Source: a virus (Duplodnaviria; Caudoviricetes). Taken from it: a DNA stretch of 64,000 nucleotides. The first letter of the stretch is position 1; the number at the start of each line of letters is the position of its first letter. The position numbers were made by a program, and so were the translations under genes. This document shows, in pieces, positions 12,501 through 20,270 of the stretch. The DNA lies in the IMG/VR virus record IMGVR_UViG_3300029305_002015, positions 36,956 to 100,955 of that record; one strand, given 5' to 3'. Below the pieces are notes generated by a model that saw nothing but the letters and a program-made list of their open reading frames with translations, did no database searches and was not told the origin of the DNA.

Positions 12501-14324
12501 TACATGAATTCTTCTAAACAGATTTGTGTTCTTGATCTAAAGAGTTTGGTTAGAGGAATGACTGCTGTAAACACTGAAACTGGTAATTTCCTCAGACTTA
12601 CTGATGGATCCCTAATTCATGAATCTGGTATTGTTTACACATCAGCAGGTAAGCTTTATGATATTTATCAGAGAGCTATCAATGAAAACTCTTACTTCAA
12701 TCTTACTGGTGGTGTAAACTTTACTCCAAGTAACGCATCTAACAAATCCATTGATTGGACATTTGATGAAATTCCTGAAGGTACTGTAGTTGCAACATTG
12801 CCTACAAATGGCGGAGACACTCTGCTTATTATTGCAGGTAATAAATCTGGTTACATGATTCTAGATGCATATGTCACTAATGGTTATAGTAGTAGAGATG
12901 ACTATGAACAAAAACTTCTAATTGCTATTGGTGATGTATCTGATGAAGAGGATCGGTTGATTGATATCAACTTTGGTTCTGTAACTAGAACTGTATACAA
13001 GGGCTACAGTAGTACCAATACAACTTTAACAATTGATCTATTTGGTACAAGTGAGGAGATCGAAGATCTTGCTGCCGAGGATATTGAATGGTCAATTACT
13101 GGTGGTTATAAACCTAGCTATGGTGGTGGATATGGTAGATATGGTGCAAGTCCTACGGTGATCTATCCTAGGAGTGATAATCTATCAGCATATCTCTATA
13201 TTAGTAGTTACCAAGAAACTGGTAGTACTATAACCGTAACCGTTACTTGTGGCGACTTTAAGAAAGAACTGAAAGTAAATGTTGCTACGAAGTATAGCTA
13301 TGGTGAACCTTATGTCGGATCTCTTCGTAACTTTGGTAGAAACTTTATTAATCTGAAATCTATAAACCATATTCCTAGTACAGTAAATGGTGATGACTGT
13401 TTAAGAAACTTCCTCATGGGATGTACAAGCTTTAATCAGGCCATTACTATTCCTGATAGCGTTGCTGGTGATAGATGTTTACAGTACTTCCTGAGAGATT
13501 GTACGAGTTTCAATTCTAAGGTTACTATTCCTGAGGAGATTTATGGTGAAGATTGCTTACATGGTTTCCTGTATGGATGTGAAAGCTTTAATAAAGCTAT
13601 CACTATTCCTGAAGGCGTAACTGGTAATGGTTGTCTTGAGAGATTCCTCATGTGTTGTAAGTCTTTCAATCAGAATATCACTATTCCGGAAGGAATTCAG
13701 GGTGATGCATGTCTACGTAATTTTATGACTGAATGTCATGCATTCAACAGACCTATTAGAATTCCTGATGGTATTACTGGTGAAAATTCTATGGATCTAT
13801 TTATGAGAGACTGTAATGCAATGGTTTCTAATGTAACTATTAGCAAACAAGCTGCTCGCAGTGTTGGCGTTAATGGTCAGACATTGTCTACTGTATTTAG
13901 TCAGTCCGATATGTTCATCAATGGTGTTCCTATTATTGGTGATGGTGCTAGACTCTTTATGCGTAAAGCATATAATGTTCTTGGAGCACCTCCTTATCGT
14001 AAATTAAGTACTGTAGAACCTGAGGATGAAGAATTCACCATTACAGTAAACCAGGTTGAAGGTGTTAATGTAACTACTGATCTTGATGCTGCATTTGAAA
14101 TTGATACTGTAGAAGTTACAGTTGAAATTACAGATGAGCTAGTTACAGACGTTCAACTTTCTATTGATGATCCTGATATTGAGCTTGTGTCAATCGGTGA
14201 GAATAAATACGAGTTCACAATGGGTATCAAGAATGTTGTAATTGATGTAACTGTAACAAGACGTGAACCTGATCCTGAACCTGTAGAACCAACTCCTGAA
14301 GAAGGAACCGACACAACTGAATAA
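6582..14324 (+). CDS. Giant Ig-like/LRR adhesin (putative receptor-binding tail appendage)
   Basis: 2580 aa; multiple Big_2-like Ig repeats (WTSSDHNVVQID; YVxVTxI...DFxKxF), two BspA/LRR_5 blocks (ITAIGSNAF, IGACAFQQC), carboxypeptidase-regulatory-like domain, C-terminal FLxxCxSFNxxITIP repeats. Confidence 0.75.
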   Translation: MALINKRTGFYGFTADGLGGIKSDKTGSVKKCIISIAYQVHLRNVRFSISGGADDWGAQMGDGSIIPLSNPNTLYVNRDSAIVEFDMATAYAANSPCALVYRSDTAAFKVVETDDGSEVYENTLSGHFAFTVEGYGGKSYDLGYVDRVLATIPFPVQVSDVEFSISAGDDHWGARMGDGSIIPLVNPEVLVTNADNAVIKFEMTQPYPSNSPCMIVYRSPEASFHLEVVVIPPEYVPVTDITEVPESLVAGTSVDLSPCCVAPTDATVQGISWMVMSGPAKVEGDTLTTTGQGTVVLKATVAGGKTEEGEDFTKTFNIPVKANKITILAHPTQETTLTHGVVRGNLTVIAKSDTGVISYKWYQNKINSYTNATPVHNGAKSSYTFPVDISAGIHYYFCEISSPGATSVRSNIAKVNVLVELDSVTIIPEISSMLITSTQKFDITHLPEDAHKPQIAWTSSDHNVVQIDEEGNALAVNQGSAVITATTLDGRYSDSIKITVPAYVSVTNITGLITTLSTGVYSSLVGTVVPSNATEKSIQWAIIDQGTTEAIISNNRLYASKAGTVRLKATIIKGISPTQDFIKEFSVIVTKAFIAVTDVTLVDFPVPIRCDQTAMVKGKVTPADADYTDIIWTISQPGSTGATLVDGVISFTDPGTVILLATILNGKSPSVNFTKEFSIKINDPWVAIDHVELTPTEYDPNPTNGEAIKLTAIVYPENATKKDVIMKMLDDSVAKATFDAATQMLQVNPKNMKPTDEPVVMMELTVIDGYTEGRDYVVTHNVRIIPPAPEDEYVPIDRIDLVYPEPMRCHYPVLLERFTVYPWNASEINARFRSQRAQEYGGADNIIFNPNEYAFSHTQKKEFFDWGLDENYLFPYDPGKINLNLTVVKGLGPEPGQDYIRNFELDMLPPYIAAKDISNIPIEVPVGKDFILSGEVETQGGIGYHNPTWDEEVPSFDNIIWRIGDDYFDTDEYPNRANAVLKGENGNTLYCNRSGQFTIQAYIENGKADAVKWYDKTQIGEPFTKLFTIKAVSDTTYNKAIVTLTLNTGTKVRVYSMGDLNNLCNDLPSDTTITINGTPFRKDQVVGVSFWEESYVTDSTVAIKDISLDKIELEPYELIAPEVEVESFDGITPSNDSDGCITIMDTKSAFYGMKILPDNVYLLPDGTIIRYYDSKSYFTTDGSGTITGLTPEGKAMLNLPIPSIIDGEEITAIGSNAFDGATFSIVLIPKTVTIIGAGAFNNCSNLTTVIIDNGIETIEDGAFAGCDDLINVFYTGSEEDWNEIDISNTDDSNAVLINATKEFEYDINLANSVKFMIDEVEYTALNGMTWEEWVNSEFNTKGFTSNGANITETVADETMYVAVNEEDGMRVLSTDIINANHHYVTGTADSTHSPDFAALNIGDGDDVILNLKYAHDIFKVDPSIIQIPDSFVRYDNGWVGIPAGTILSTSGSLIVPNPEYGATSFHVTGIVTYSDGTPFVGAKVRAMMGTQQVGAEATTSPEGKYTIKNLPIGNYRLIADNGYGDTVATDFMIDGETEIVDLKFSTLYYEASLTIATKIMDNQKLSDISISGIALTVDDKEVAGKFSWVTTDDEFDTSYSTSDALWKFTPNNTNRYLPVYGTVTFTVLSSIIKKAPSPVTDILIHNGSRKSPTWNDYDSDQLTMGGDTSGTDAGMYYTTFTPKGLFTWEDGSQKEVSISWGIYMPFHVTKSNRGTVGYDSDSSDFTMKETFISSGIMYAPTSMDIHVFDSCTHLKTLSIPGTMTEISEMAFDQCSGLTKVVINEGVSIIGACAFQQCSSLTEITIPASLTQVGSNAFSGCSKLSTVNYGGTKEQWNKLKVNISSGNSRLTGATIKYTEEVATVEEEGEEAPVIDPTTPSTGGSTTVVPEDTEEDVVEDKEPNYDVYPMLYEISIHGIVFDHTTSRILFPDGTCILNASKILLPHNYTYDPDTTYIDPVSVDESDILIKMPYGVYMNSSKQICVLDLKSLVRGMTAVNTETGNFLRLTDGSLIHESGIVYTSAGKLYDIYQRAINENSYFNLTGGVNFTPSNASNKSIDWTFDEIPEGTVVATLPTNGGDTLLIIAGNKSGYMILDAYVTNGYSSRDDYEQKLLIAIGDVSDEEDRLIDINFGSVTRTVYKGYSSTNTTLTIDLFGTSEEIEDLAAEDIEWSITGGYKPSYGGGYGRYGASPTVIYPRSDNLSAYLYISSYQETGSTITVTVTCGDFKKELKVNVATKYSYGEPYVGSLRNFGRNFINLKSINHIPSTVNGDDCLRNFLMGCTSFNQAITIPDSVAGDRCLQYFLRDCTSFNSKVTIPEEIYGEDCLHGFLYGCESFNKAITIPEGVTGNGCLERFLMCCKSFNQNITIPEGIQGDACLRNFMTECHAFNRPIRIPDGITGENSMDLFMRDCNAMVSNVTISKQAARSVGVNGQTLSTVFSQSDMFINGVPIIGDGARLFMRKAYNVLGAPPYRKLSTVEPEDEEFTITVNQVEGVNVTTDLDAAFEIDTVEVTVEITDELVTDVQLSIDDPDIELVSIGENKYEFTMGIKNVVIDVTVTRREPDPEPVEPTPEEGTDTTE

Positions 14325-14331
14325 ATCCTCA

Positions 14332-14365
14332 ATATGATGGGGAGACAATTGTCTCCCCATCATAT
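14332..14365. terminator. Perfect palindrome, putative intrinsic terminator
   Basis: atatgatggggagacaa-ttgtctccccatcatat directly after the 14324 stop. Confidence 0.65.
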
Positions 14366-14431
14366 ATTAAGCAACGTTAAACTTTTAATTAATATTATCC
14401 TAATATATTATTTTAGAAGGAGGAATTAGCA

Positions 14432-14914
14432 ATGGCTGATAATTCTCAGATTAAACAACATGTAAGTCTTGAGGAGCGTAATAGATGGGATAAGCTCGTT
14501 GAAGACTTTGCGAATCACCTTGGTTCAGGTGGTACTAATAACCATGCTATGGCAAATGGTACTGTTCCTGGTTTTAGCCAGAATAACTATACCACTACAG
14601 AGAAGAATAAACTTGCAGGCATTCAGGAAGGTGCATTGAATAACCCTCACCCTGCAACTCACCCTTATACTATGATCACAGGTCTTAGTACTGTTGCTCA
14701 TACTGGTAGCTATACTGACCTGCTTAACATTCCTAAAACCTTTATTGCAGGTGGCGGTAATGCTGATACTGTTGGTGGTATCAGATTCACTGTTGGACCT
14801 ACTTCACCTGGTTCTCCTGTAAATAATAAAGATGTTTGGTTTGATACCGCTACCAAGCTTGTTAAAGTATATACTGGTAATACCTGGGTACCTTTTAACG
14901 CAGTATATGCATAA
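14432..14914 (+). CDS. Small tail-fibre-associated protein
   Basis: 160 aa; HVSLEERNRWD, YTTTEKNKLAGIQEGA, VAHTGSYTDLLNIP and DVWFDT motifs typical of fibre proteins; RBS AGGAGG. Confidence 0.6.
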   Translation: MADNSQIKQHVSLEERNRWDKLVEDFANHLGSGGTNNHAMANGTVPGFSQNNYTTTEKNKLAGIQEGALNNPHPATHPYTMITGLSTVAHTGSYTDLLNIPKTFIAGGGNADTVGGIRFTVGPTSPGSPVNNKDVWFDTATKLVKVYTGNTWVPFNAVYA

Positions 14915-14932
14915 TAAAATAAAACAGGCTAT

Positions 14933-14963
14933 TCACGGGTGGGATTTAATGTCCCACCCGTGA
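14933..14963 (+). terminator. Hairpin, putative intrinsic terminator
   Basis: tcacgggtggga-N7-tcccacccgtga. Confidence 0.6.
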
Positions 14964-15017
14964 TTACTACTTCTATAAATAGAAAATAAATCTCATGTAA
15001 AGGAGAGTGTAAATAAT

Positions 15018-16325
15018 ATGGCTGTTGCAGTTGGAAATGCTATTAATGTGGCTGATATTGCTAATTTATTTAATAGCACAGTTATTGCTAACATTACAAG
15101 TGGAGCACATCATCTAAACAATCCTCCTATGGATGGTTCATATTTTTGTGTTCCATCTAATATGATGGATGACATTAATAATTTACCTACCCCTAGTTTT
15201 GGTGTTAGTGGTGGTAAAATTACTGCATCATCAATTGCTACCGCTCTTATTAATGTTACTCAAAACTTAACTAGAGTTGGTACATTCAGTTATGTACGTA
15301 CATATCGTACACTTCGAGAAATTCGTAGTAGATATGATCCTCTATTACAAAGTACATATAGAGGATATGGTGTTGGATATGTTATTACAAATACCAATAC
15401 GGTTCGAGCTCAAAAGAATGGTAAAGTTATATTTACTAATAGCTATGTTCGACAGCTTGGATCTACTACAGGTGCTACCGCATTAAATTATTCACCTGCT
15501 AGCTACTTTGTAGTTAGTGGTGCAACTATTACTGGATTAACCGCAACCGGTCTTGCAGCAACATCTATTGTAGTACCTGCTGCTATCAATGGTGTTACCA
15601 TCACAGCCATTGGCAGTAATGCATTTAGAGGAAGTGTGGCAAGAACGATTGAAATTCCTTCTAACATTACAAGTATTGGTAATTCTGCATTCCAGGCTTG
15701 TACAGCTCTAACAACGTTAACAATCTATGGTTCTTCTACATCTATAGGTCAGTATGCATTCTATCAGTGTACAGCATTAACTACAGTAACATTCTATGGC
15801 ACCATATCTAGTATTGGTATGTATGCATTCAGACTTTGTAGTGCATTGACTGATGTTAATTTCTATTGTAATATTCAGACCATTGGTCAATATTCGTTCT
15901 ACCAGTGTAGTGCAATTAAATACATTAGATTGCCAAGCTCTGTAACAACGATTGGTACATATGCGTTTTATCTGGCTAATGCTATTACTACAGTATACTA
16001 TGAAGGATCTCAAACTAACTGGAATGCATTATTGATCCAAGCTCAAAATGGTAATATTACAACTTGTACAAAGAGTTATAATTTTACTATTCCTCAGCCT
16101 CCTCAAACAACTACTGCTGGTGCAAATGTAAGTCATACAGTTGTTGCAAACAATCCGATTACTGTTGCTGCATTAAATGCTTTATGTTCTGCATGTTTAC
16201 TGGCATGGCAGCGCACATCTAAATATCATTATAGCTATACAAATGCTACATGTCATAATGACTGTCATAGTAGTTGTCATTATGATTGTCATAATGACTG
16301 TCATAGTGACTGTTATAGTGATTAA
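15018..16325 (+). CDS. BspA/LRR_5 protein with C-terminal CXXX x6 repeat (candidate radical-SAM substrate)
   Basis: 435 aa; central LRR_5 repeats (TSIGxxAFxxCxxL); ends ...TCHNDCHSSCHYDCHNDCHSDCYSD*; RBS AAGGAG. Confidence 0.7.
   Translation: MAVAVGNAINVADIANLFNSTVIANITSGAHHLNNPPMDGSYFCVPSNMMDDINNLPTPSFGVSGGKITASSIATALINVTQNLTRVGTFSYVRTYRTLREIRSRYDPLLQSTYRGYGVGYVITNTNTVRAQKNGKVIFTNSYVRQLGSTTGATALNYSPASYFVVSGATITGLTATGLAATSIVVPAAINGVTITAIGSNAFRGSVARTIEIPSNITSIGNSAFQACTALTTLTIYGSSTSIGQYAFYQCTALTTVTFYGTISSIGMYAFRLCSALTDVNFYCNIQTIGQYSFYQCSAIKYIRLPSSVTTIGTYAFYLANAITTVYYEGSQTNWNALLIQAQNGNITTCTKSYNFTIPQPPQTTTAGANVSHTVVANNPITVAALNALCSACLLAWQRTSKYHYSYTNATCHNDCHSSCHYDCHNDCHSDCYSD
16251..16322 (+). repeat. 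Six imperfect 12-bp tandem repeats encoding CXXX
   Basis: tgtcataatgac tgtcatagtagt tgtcattatgat tgtcataatgac tgtcatagtgac tgttatagtgat, then TAA. Confidence 0.95.
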
Positions 16326-16348
16326 CTAAATAAGGAGGAACTATCATC

Positions 16349-17098
16349 GTGAAATATCTCACATTACCATTGGATATTGGAGTTATTGAAAATTTTAATC
16401 AAGAAGATATAATGATTGATATGTCAGATTTACAATTCCCCTGTAAACCTGAATTAAAAATAAGATCTGCATTTATCTTCATTCGGAATGTTGATTTAAA
16501 TATGAATTTGGATTTTTCTAAATGCTCCTTTAAAATGAAGGAAGAATTCTTATTAATGTATCTAACAGGGAATATTGGTGTAAATATTCCCTGTATACGT
16601 GATACATGGATTGATATTCTTCTATATAGATATAATAAGGACAATTTACTTATTGGAATCATGGATTCAAAAGAGATAGAGAAATTCAGTCTGAAACATA
16701 ATGATCTAATTACAGAAGTATATACATTGATTGCATCTCTACCTGTAATGGTCATATATCAATATTCTAAATCTCCTGCAACATATGCCGAATTAATAAA
16801 ATTTGATGGAGAATTTGAAGAGTCTGATTATGATAAAATCAATTTCAGTAATTTTTCAAGACTTACTGAAAGTAGAAGATTTGGAGGAGTAATGATTGAT
16901 GTTGATAAATACCCACAGAAATTTTATAAACATTATTTTGCTGGGAATGATCAAATATCAATGGCTAGGTTAAATGAGAATCTTCCTTTGATGAATCTTC
17001 TAAATATCTTCTTTTCTCCTAAAGATACTCAAGAACGCTTTATTAGCGGATTAAATGATTTACTAACTACGGAGGAGGTAAGTGAAAATAATGAGTGA
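16349..17098 (+). CDS. Hypothetical protein in the radical SAM cluster
   Basis: 249 aa, GTG start after AAGGAGG; no recognisable motif. Confidence 0.7.
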   Translation: MKYLTLPLDIGVIENFNQEDIMIDMSDLQFPCKPELKIRSAFIFIRNVDLNMNLDFSKCSFKMKEEFLLMYLTGNIGVNIPCIRDTWIDILLYRYNKDNLLIGIMDSKEIEKFSLKHNDLITEVYTLIASLPVMVIYQYSKSPATYAELIKFDGEFEESDYDKINFSNFSRLTESRRFGGVMIDVDKYPQKFYKHYFAGNDQISMARLNENLPLMNLLNIFFSPKDTQERFISGLNDLLTTEEVSENNE

Positions 17099-18353
17099 CC
17101 ATATGTACAATGAACTACAATTGAAAGTTCAACTTCCTCAAATGACAATGGATAATTATTTTCTAAGTAAAAATGATTTATCAATATCTCGTCATTTGAG
17201 TACTAAGCAAGTTATAAGAATTCCTGCTGCTGAAGTAAAGGAGATTCTAGCTGAAAAAGAATATGACATGCCTGATTTCTTGGTCATGTTTGAAGATGGT
17301 TTAGCTGAATCTGATGTATCTAAGTATGCTGATATGAGCGATGGTTATCAAATGTCTGAATACTTCAGTAAAGCAGATTTTTATATTCCTACATTTGATT
17401 ACTTTAGGGCTGTTAAGTTTGGTGGAATTGATTGTATCATGAATATTTATAATGGTAGACAATGTAAGATTCCATTTAAACAGGTTCTAAGTAAGATTAA
17501 GATTGAAACTCCTGAGGAACAGGAAGCACATACTGATGTATATCCTTTCCCAATGATCACAAAGGATACTATTAATTATACGAAGTTCAAGAATGTATCT
17601 TATTGTGATAATCTTCGTACTCAGACATATATGTATAGATTTCCTGCTCTATGTTTAAATCTCCCATATAAGTATTATAAATCTCAGAATATCCCTGAGA
17701 ATATTTACTTCTGGGATGTTGATACTAAAGAGTTAGGATTTGCTGGACATTCTACAGATGAAATCTTTGAATGGTTTGAGGATATTTGTAAGCATGGTTT
17801 ACAGAAACCCTTATATTTCCAAATCTCTCAAGGACAAATTGTTTCTGCTACAGATGAGGATTACATTAAACTATTAATTGCTCAATATCTGAAGATTCCT
17901 ACAATTCCAGTTGTAGCATATATGTTAAATAACTCTGCTAAGAGTAGTATGCTTATTAGTATGAGACCTTGTGATATTATAGGAGCTCGCACAGGTAGCT
18001 TAAATACTGATAAAGAAACTTTAACTCTTATCAATGAAATCTGTTCTCCATATTTTATCTTCTTTAATTCAAACCTTACTGATTCTTTATCAGTAAATGA
18101 AAATGTGCATGAGGATATGGAAAATAAAGATGGCCCAGTTTATAATCAAATATTTGATTCAACTCATAATGATTTAGATTATAATGAATCATATCTATTA
18201 CAGAATGATGATAGTAATATATTTGATGATAATCTTGGTGATCCTACTCCTTCTTATATTCTCCATGAAAATATGAGGAATGATATTCAGAAACAAATCA
18301 ATGAAGATATAGAAAGATCATTAAAGCAATTGGAATTGTTATCAGGTCAGTGA
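17082..18353 (+). CDS. Hypothetical protein with degenerate ParB/Srx-like segment
   Basis: 423 aa; overlaps the previous gene; FEDICKHGLQKPL...KLLIAQYLKIPTIPVV resembles ParB N-domain spacing but lacks GxxR. Confidence 0.55.
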   Translation: MKIMSDHMYNELQLKVQLPQMTMDNYFLSKNDLSISRHLSTKQVIRIPAAEVKEILAEKEYDMPDFLVMFEDGLAESDVSKYADMSDGYQMSEYFSKADFYIPTFDYFRAVKFGGIDCIMNIYNGRQCKIPFKQVLSKIKIETPEEQEAHTDVYPFPMITKDTINYTKFKNVSYCDNLRTQTYMYRFPALCLNLPYKYYKSQNIPENIYFWDVDTKELGFAGHSTDEIFEWFEDICKHGLQKPLYFQISQGQIVSATDEDYIKLLIAQYLKIPTIPVVAYMLNNSAKSSMLISMRPCDIIGARTGSLNTDKETLTLINEICSPYFIFFNSNLTDSLSVNENVHEDMENKDGPVYNQIFDSTHNDLDYNESYLLQNDDSNIFDDNLGDPTPSYILHENMRNDIQKQINEDIERSLKQLELLSGQ

Positions 18354-18361
18354 TAAATACA

Positions 18362-18411
18362 ATGATATAGATTATATGGCATTGCGCCATATAATCTATA
18401 TCATCTTTTTT
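18362..18411 (+). terminator. 19-bp stem hairpin followed by T tract
   Basis: atgatatagattatatggc-attgc-gccatataatctatatcat then ctttttt. Confidence 0.65.
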
Positions 18412-18454
18412 AACAGCTTAAGTAAAAATCTTATTTTATCAAGGGGGAATAAAA

Positions 18455-19435
18455 ATGGAGTTAATTATTAAACCTACTGGTAGATGTAACTTTGCATGTA
18501 CATTCTGTTCAGCAGGAGATATGACTATTCAACATCCTAAGGATGATAAAGTTCCTGAACAAATTAAAGACTTAATCAATCGAATGAACCCTACAAGATT
18601 AATTATTACTGGTGGGGAACCTTTAATGGTATCACCTGAATATTATTATGAACTTCATGAAATGGTACCTGATGCTTATATTAGTCCTACGACTAATCTT
18701 AAAGATTTCTATCTAAATCCTGAAAAATGGGCTCCTCTATTTAATGAGGAATGGTTTAAAATTACTACATCATTTAACTATGGTGATAGTAGACGATGGG
18801 ATAAAGATACAGTATTTACAGAAGAAATGTTTATTAAGGTAATGGATAAATTCAGGGAGTATGTACCTAATAAATCTCTTCCAATGTTTATTGCTGTAAT
18901 TGATGAAAGTAATGCTGATAAAGTTATGGATCATATTTTATTAGCAAAGCGGCTTGATTCTATGTGTAAACTTAATAGAGCTATTGGTGTTGGATATCAA
19001 GAAGTTGGTTATCAGCGTTATAAAATTATGAAAGATTATCTTGATATTATTGATGCTGGCTTAGAAAAATATGAATGGAATTGTGCTAATAGAGCAAATG
19101 GTACATGTCCATACAATATTCATCATACATGTGAATCTACAATTAGGTGTGTATATGTAGCTTGTGATGGTACATTACATGTAGGAACATGTGATGAAAG
19201 AGTATCTATGGGATATGAAATTCCTGAAGATAAACTAATCAATCCTTCATATATTCCTAAATATGAGCATATTAACCCATCAGATTATATTAGTCCCAAA
19301 TGTGCATATTGTGAGTTATTCAATTTATGCAATGCATGTGGAACTAATAGAATTGAAGCTAAACTGGATCCAAATTATTGTGATGAAATGAAGAAGCTTG
19401 AGTCAAGAATAATTGAATCTGGTTGGGCATTATAA
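18455..19435 (+). CDS. Radical SAM/SPASM domain protein (anSME/peptide-maturase-like)
   Basis: LIIKPTGRCNFACTFC (CxxxCxxC), TGGEPL, C-terminal CAYCELFNLCNAC SPASM-type cysteines. Confidence 0.9.
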   Translation: MELIIKPTGRCNFACTFCSAGDMTIQHPKDDKVPEQIKDLINRMNPTRLIITGGEPLMVSPEYYYELHEMVPDAYISPTTNLKDFYLNPEKWAPLFNEEWFKITTSFNYGDSRRWDKDTVFTEEMFIKVMDKFREYVPNKSLPMFIAVIDESNADKVMDHILLAKRLDSMCKLNRAIGVGYQEVGYQRYKIMKDYLDIIDAGLEKYEWNCANRANGTCPYNIHHTCESTIRCVYVACDGTLHVGTCDERVSMGYEIPEDKLINPSYIPKYEHINPSDYISPKCAYCELFNLCNACGTNRIEAKLDPNYCDEMKKLESRIIESGWAL

Positions 19436-19447
19436 AGGAGGATATAA

Positions 19448-20269
19448 ATGTATAAGCGTAAAACCATCTATGCATTATTAACTAGAAAATGTAATCTCTC
19501 CTGTCCACATTGTGATGTCCATAATATTGTAGATGATTTTGATAAAGAGAAGTTTCTTAGTAGGTTAATTCAAACAGAAGGAAAGATCATTCTGTTTGGA
19601 GGTGAGCCTACTTTATATCAGGATCGTCTATTTGATATTGTAAATGAATGTAAAAAAGCTGGTAGAAAAATTGGATCTATATCTACCAATCTGATGATTC
19701 TTAATGACCAATTATTAGCTCTATTTAAAGAAATTGGTAGTGTTGCAACGTCATGGAATCCTAATAGATTTACACCCATTCAATATGATATATGGTATAA
19801 GAATTGTATCAATCTTGCTATAACAGTGAATGTTAAACCAACCCTAATGATCACATTAGATAATGATCTAATGGAGATGGGTGTTGATGAATTTCTAAAA
19901 GTTGTTGATAATTGGGATCCAAATGTATTTAAGAAGATTAAAATGGAACATCTCAATTGTATTGATAACACTCCAGAATATTTTGATCGAGTAGATGATT
20001 TCCTATGTGAATTATATTCTAAATGGAGATCTGATATTTATAATGATATCAATGGACGGATCAAGAATTGGTGGTTTGATTGTACAGGAGTATGTACAAT
20101 TGAGCCTAATGGAAATATTATTCCTAAATGTCCACATGATGTAAATCCAACTATTCCTGAAGAGTGTTATTCATGTGAACGAGCGGATGTATGTAGACCT
20201 TGTGTATTACAACATCATTGCTCATTCCCAAAAAAGTTTGCTAAATTAGTTTCTGATGGAGGTAATTAG
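19448..20269 (+). CDS. Radical SAM/SPASM domain protein
   Basis: CNLSCPHC, FGGEPTL, ISTN, C-terminal CTGVCTIEPNG...CP...CYSCERADVCRPC...HC. Confidence 0.9.
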   Translation: MYKRKTIYALLTRKCNLSCPHCDVHNIVDDFDKEKFLSRLIQTEGKIILFGGEPTLYQDRLFDIVNECKKAGRKIGSISTNLMILNDQLLALFKEIGSVATSWNPNRFTPIQYDIWYKNCINLAITVNVKPTLMITLDNDLMEMGVDEFLKVVDNWDPNVFKKIKMEHLNCIDNTPEYFDRVDDFLCELYSKWRSDIYNDINGRIKNWWFDCTGVCTIEPNGNIIPKCPHDVNPTIPEECYSCERADVCRPCVLQHHCSFPKKFAKLVSDGGN

Positions 20270-20270
20270 A

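Noticed and set aside
2770-16325. Diversity-generating retroelement acting on fibre or adhesin genes
   Set aside because: No reverse transcriptase and no adenine-specific template/variable repeat pair seen; the repeats are old protein-level duplications.
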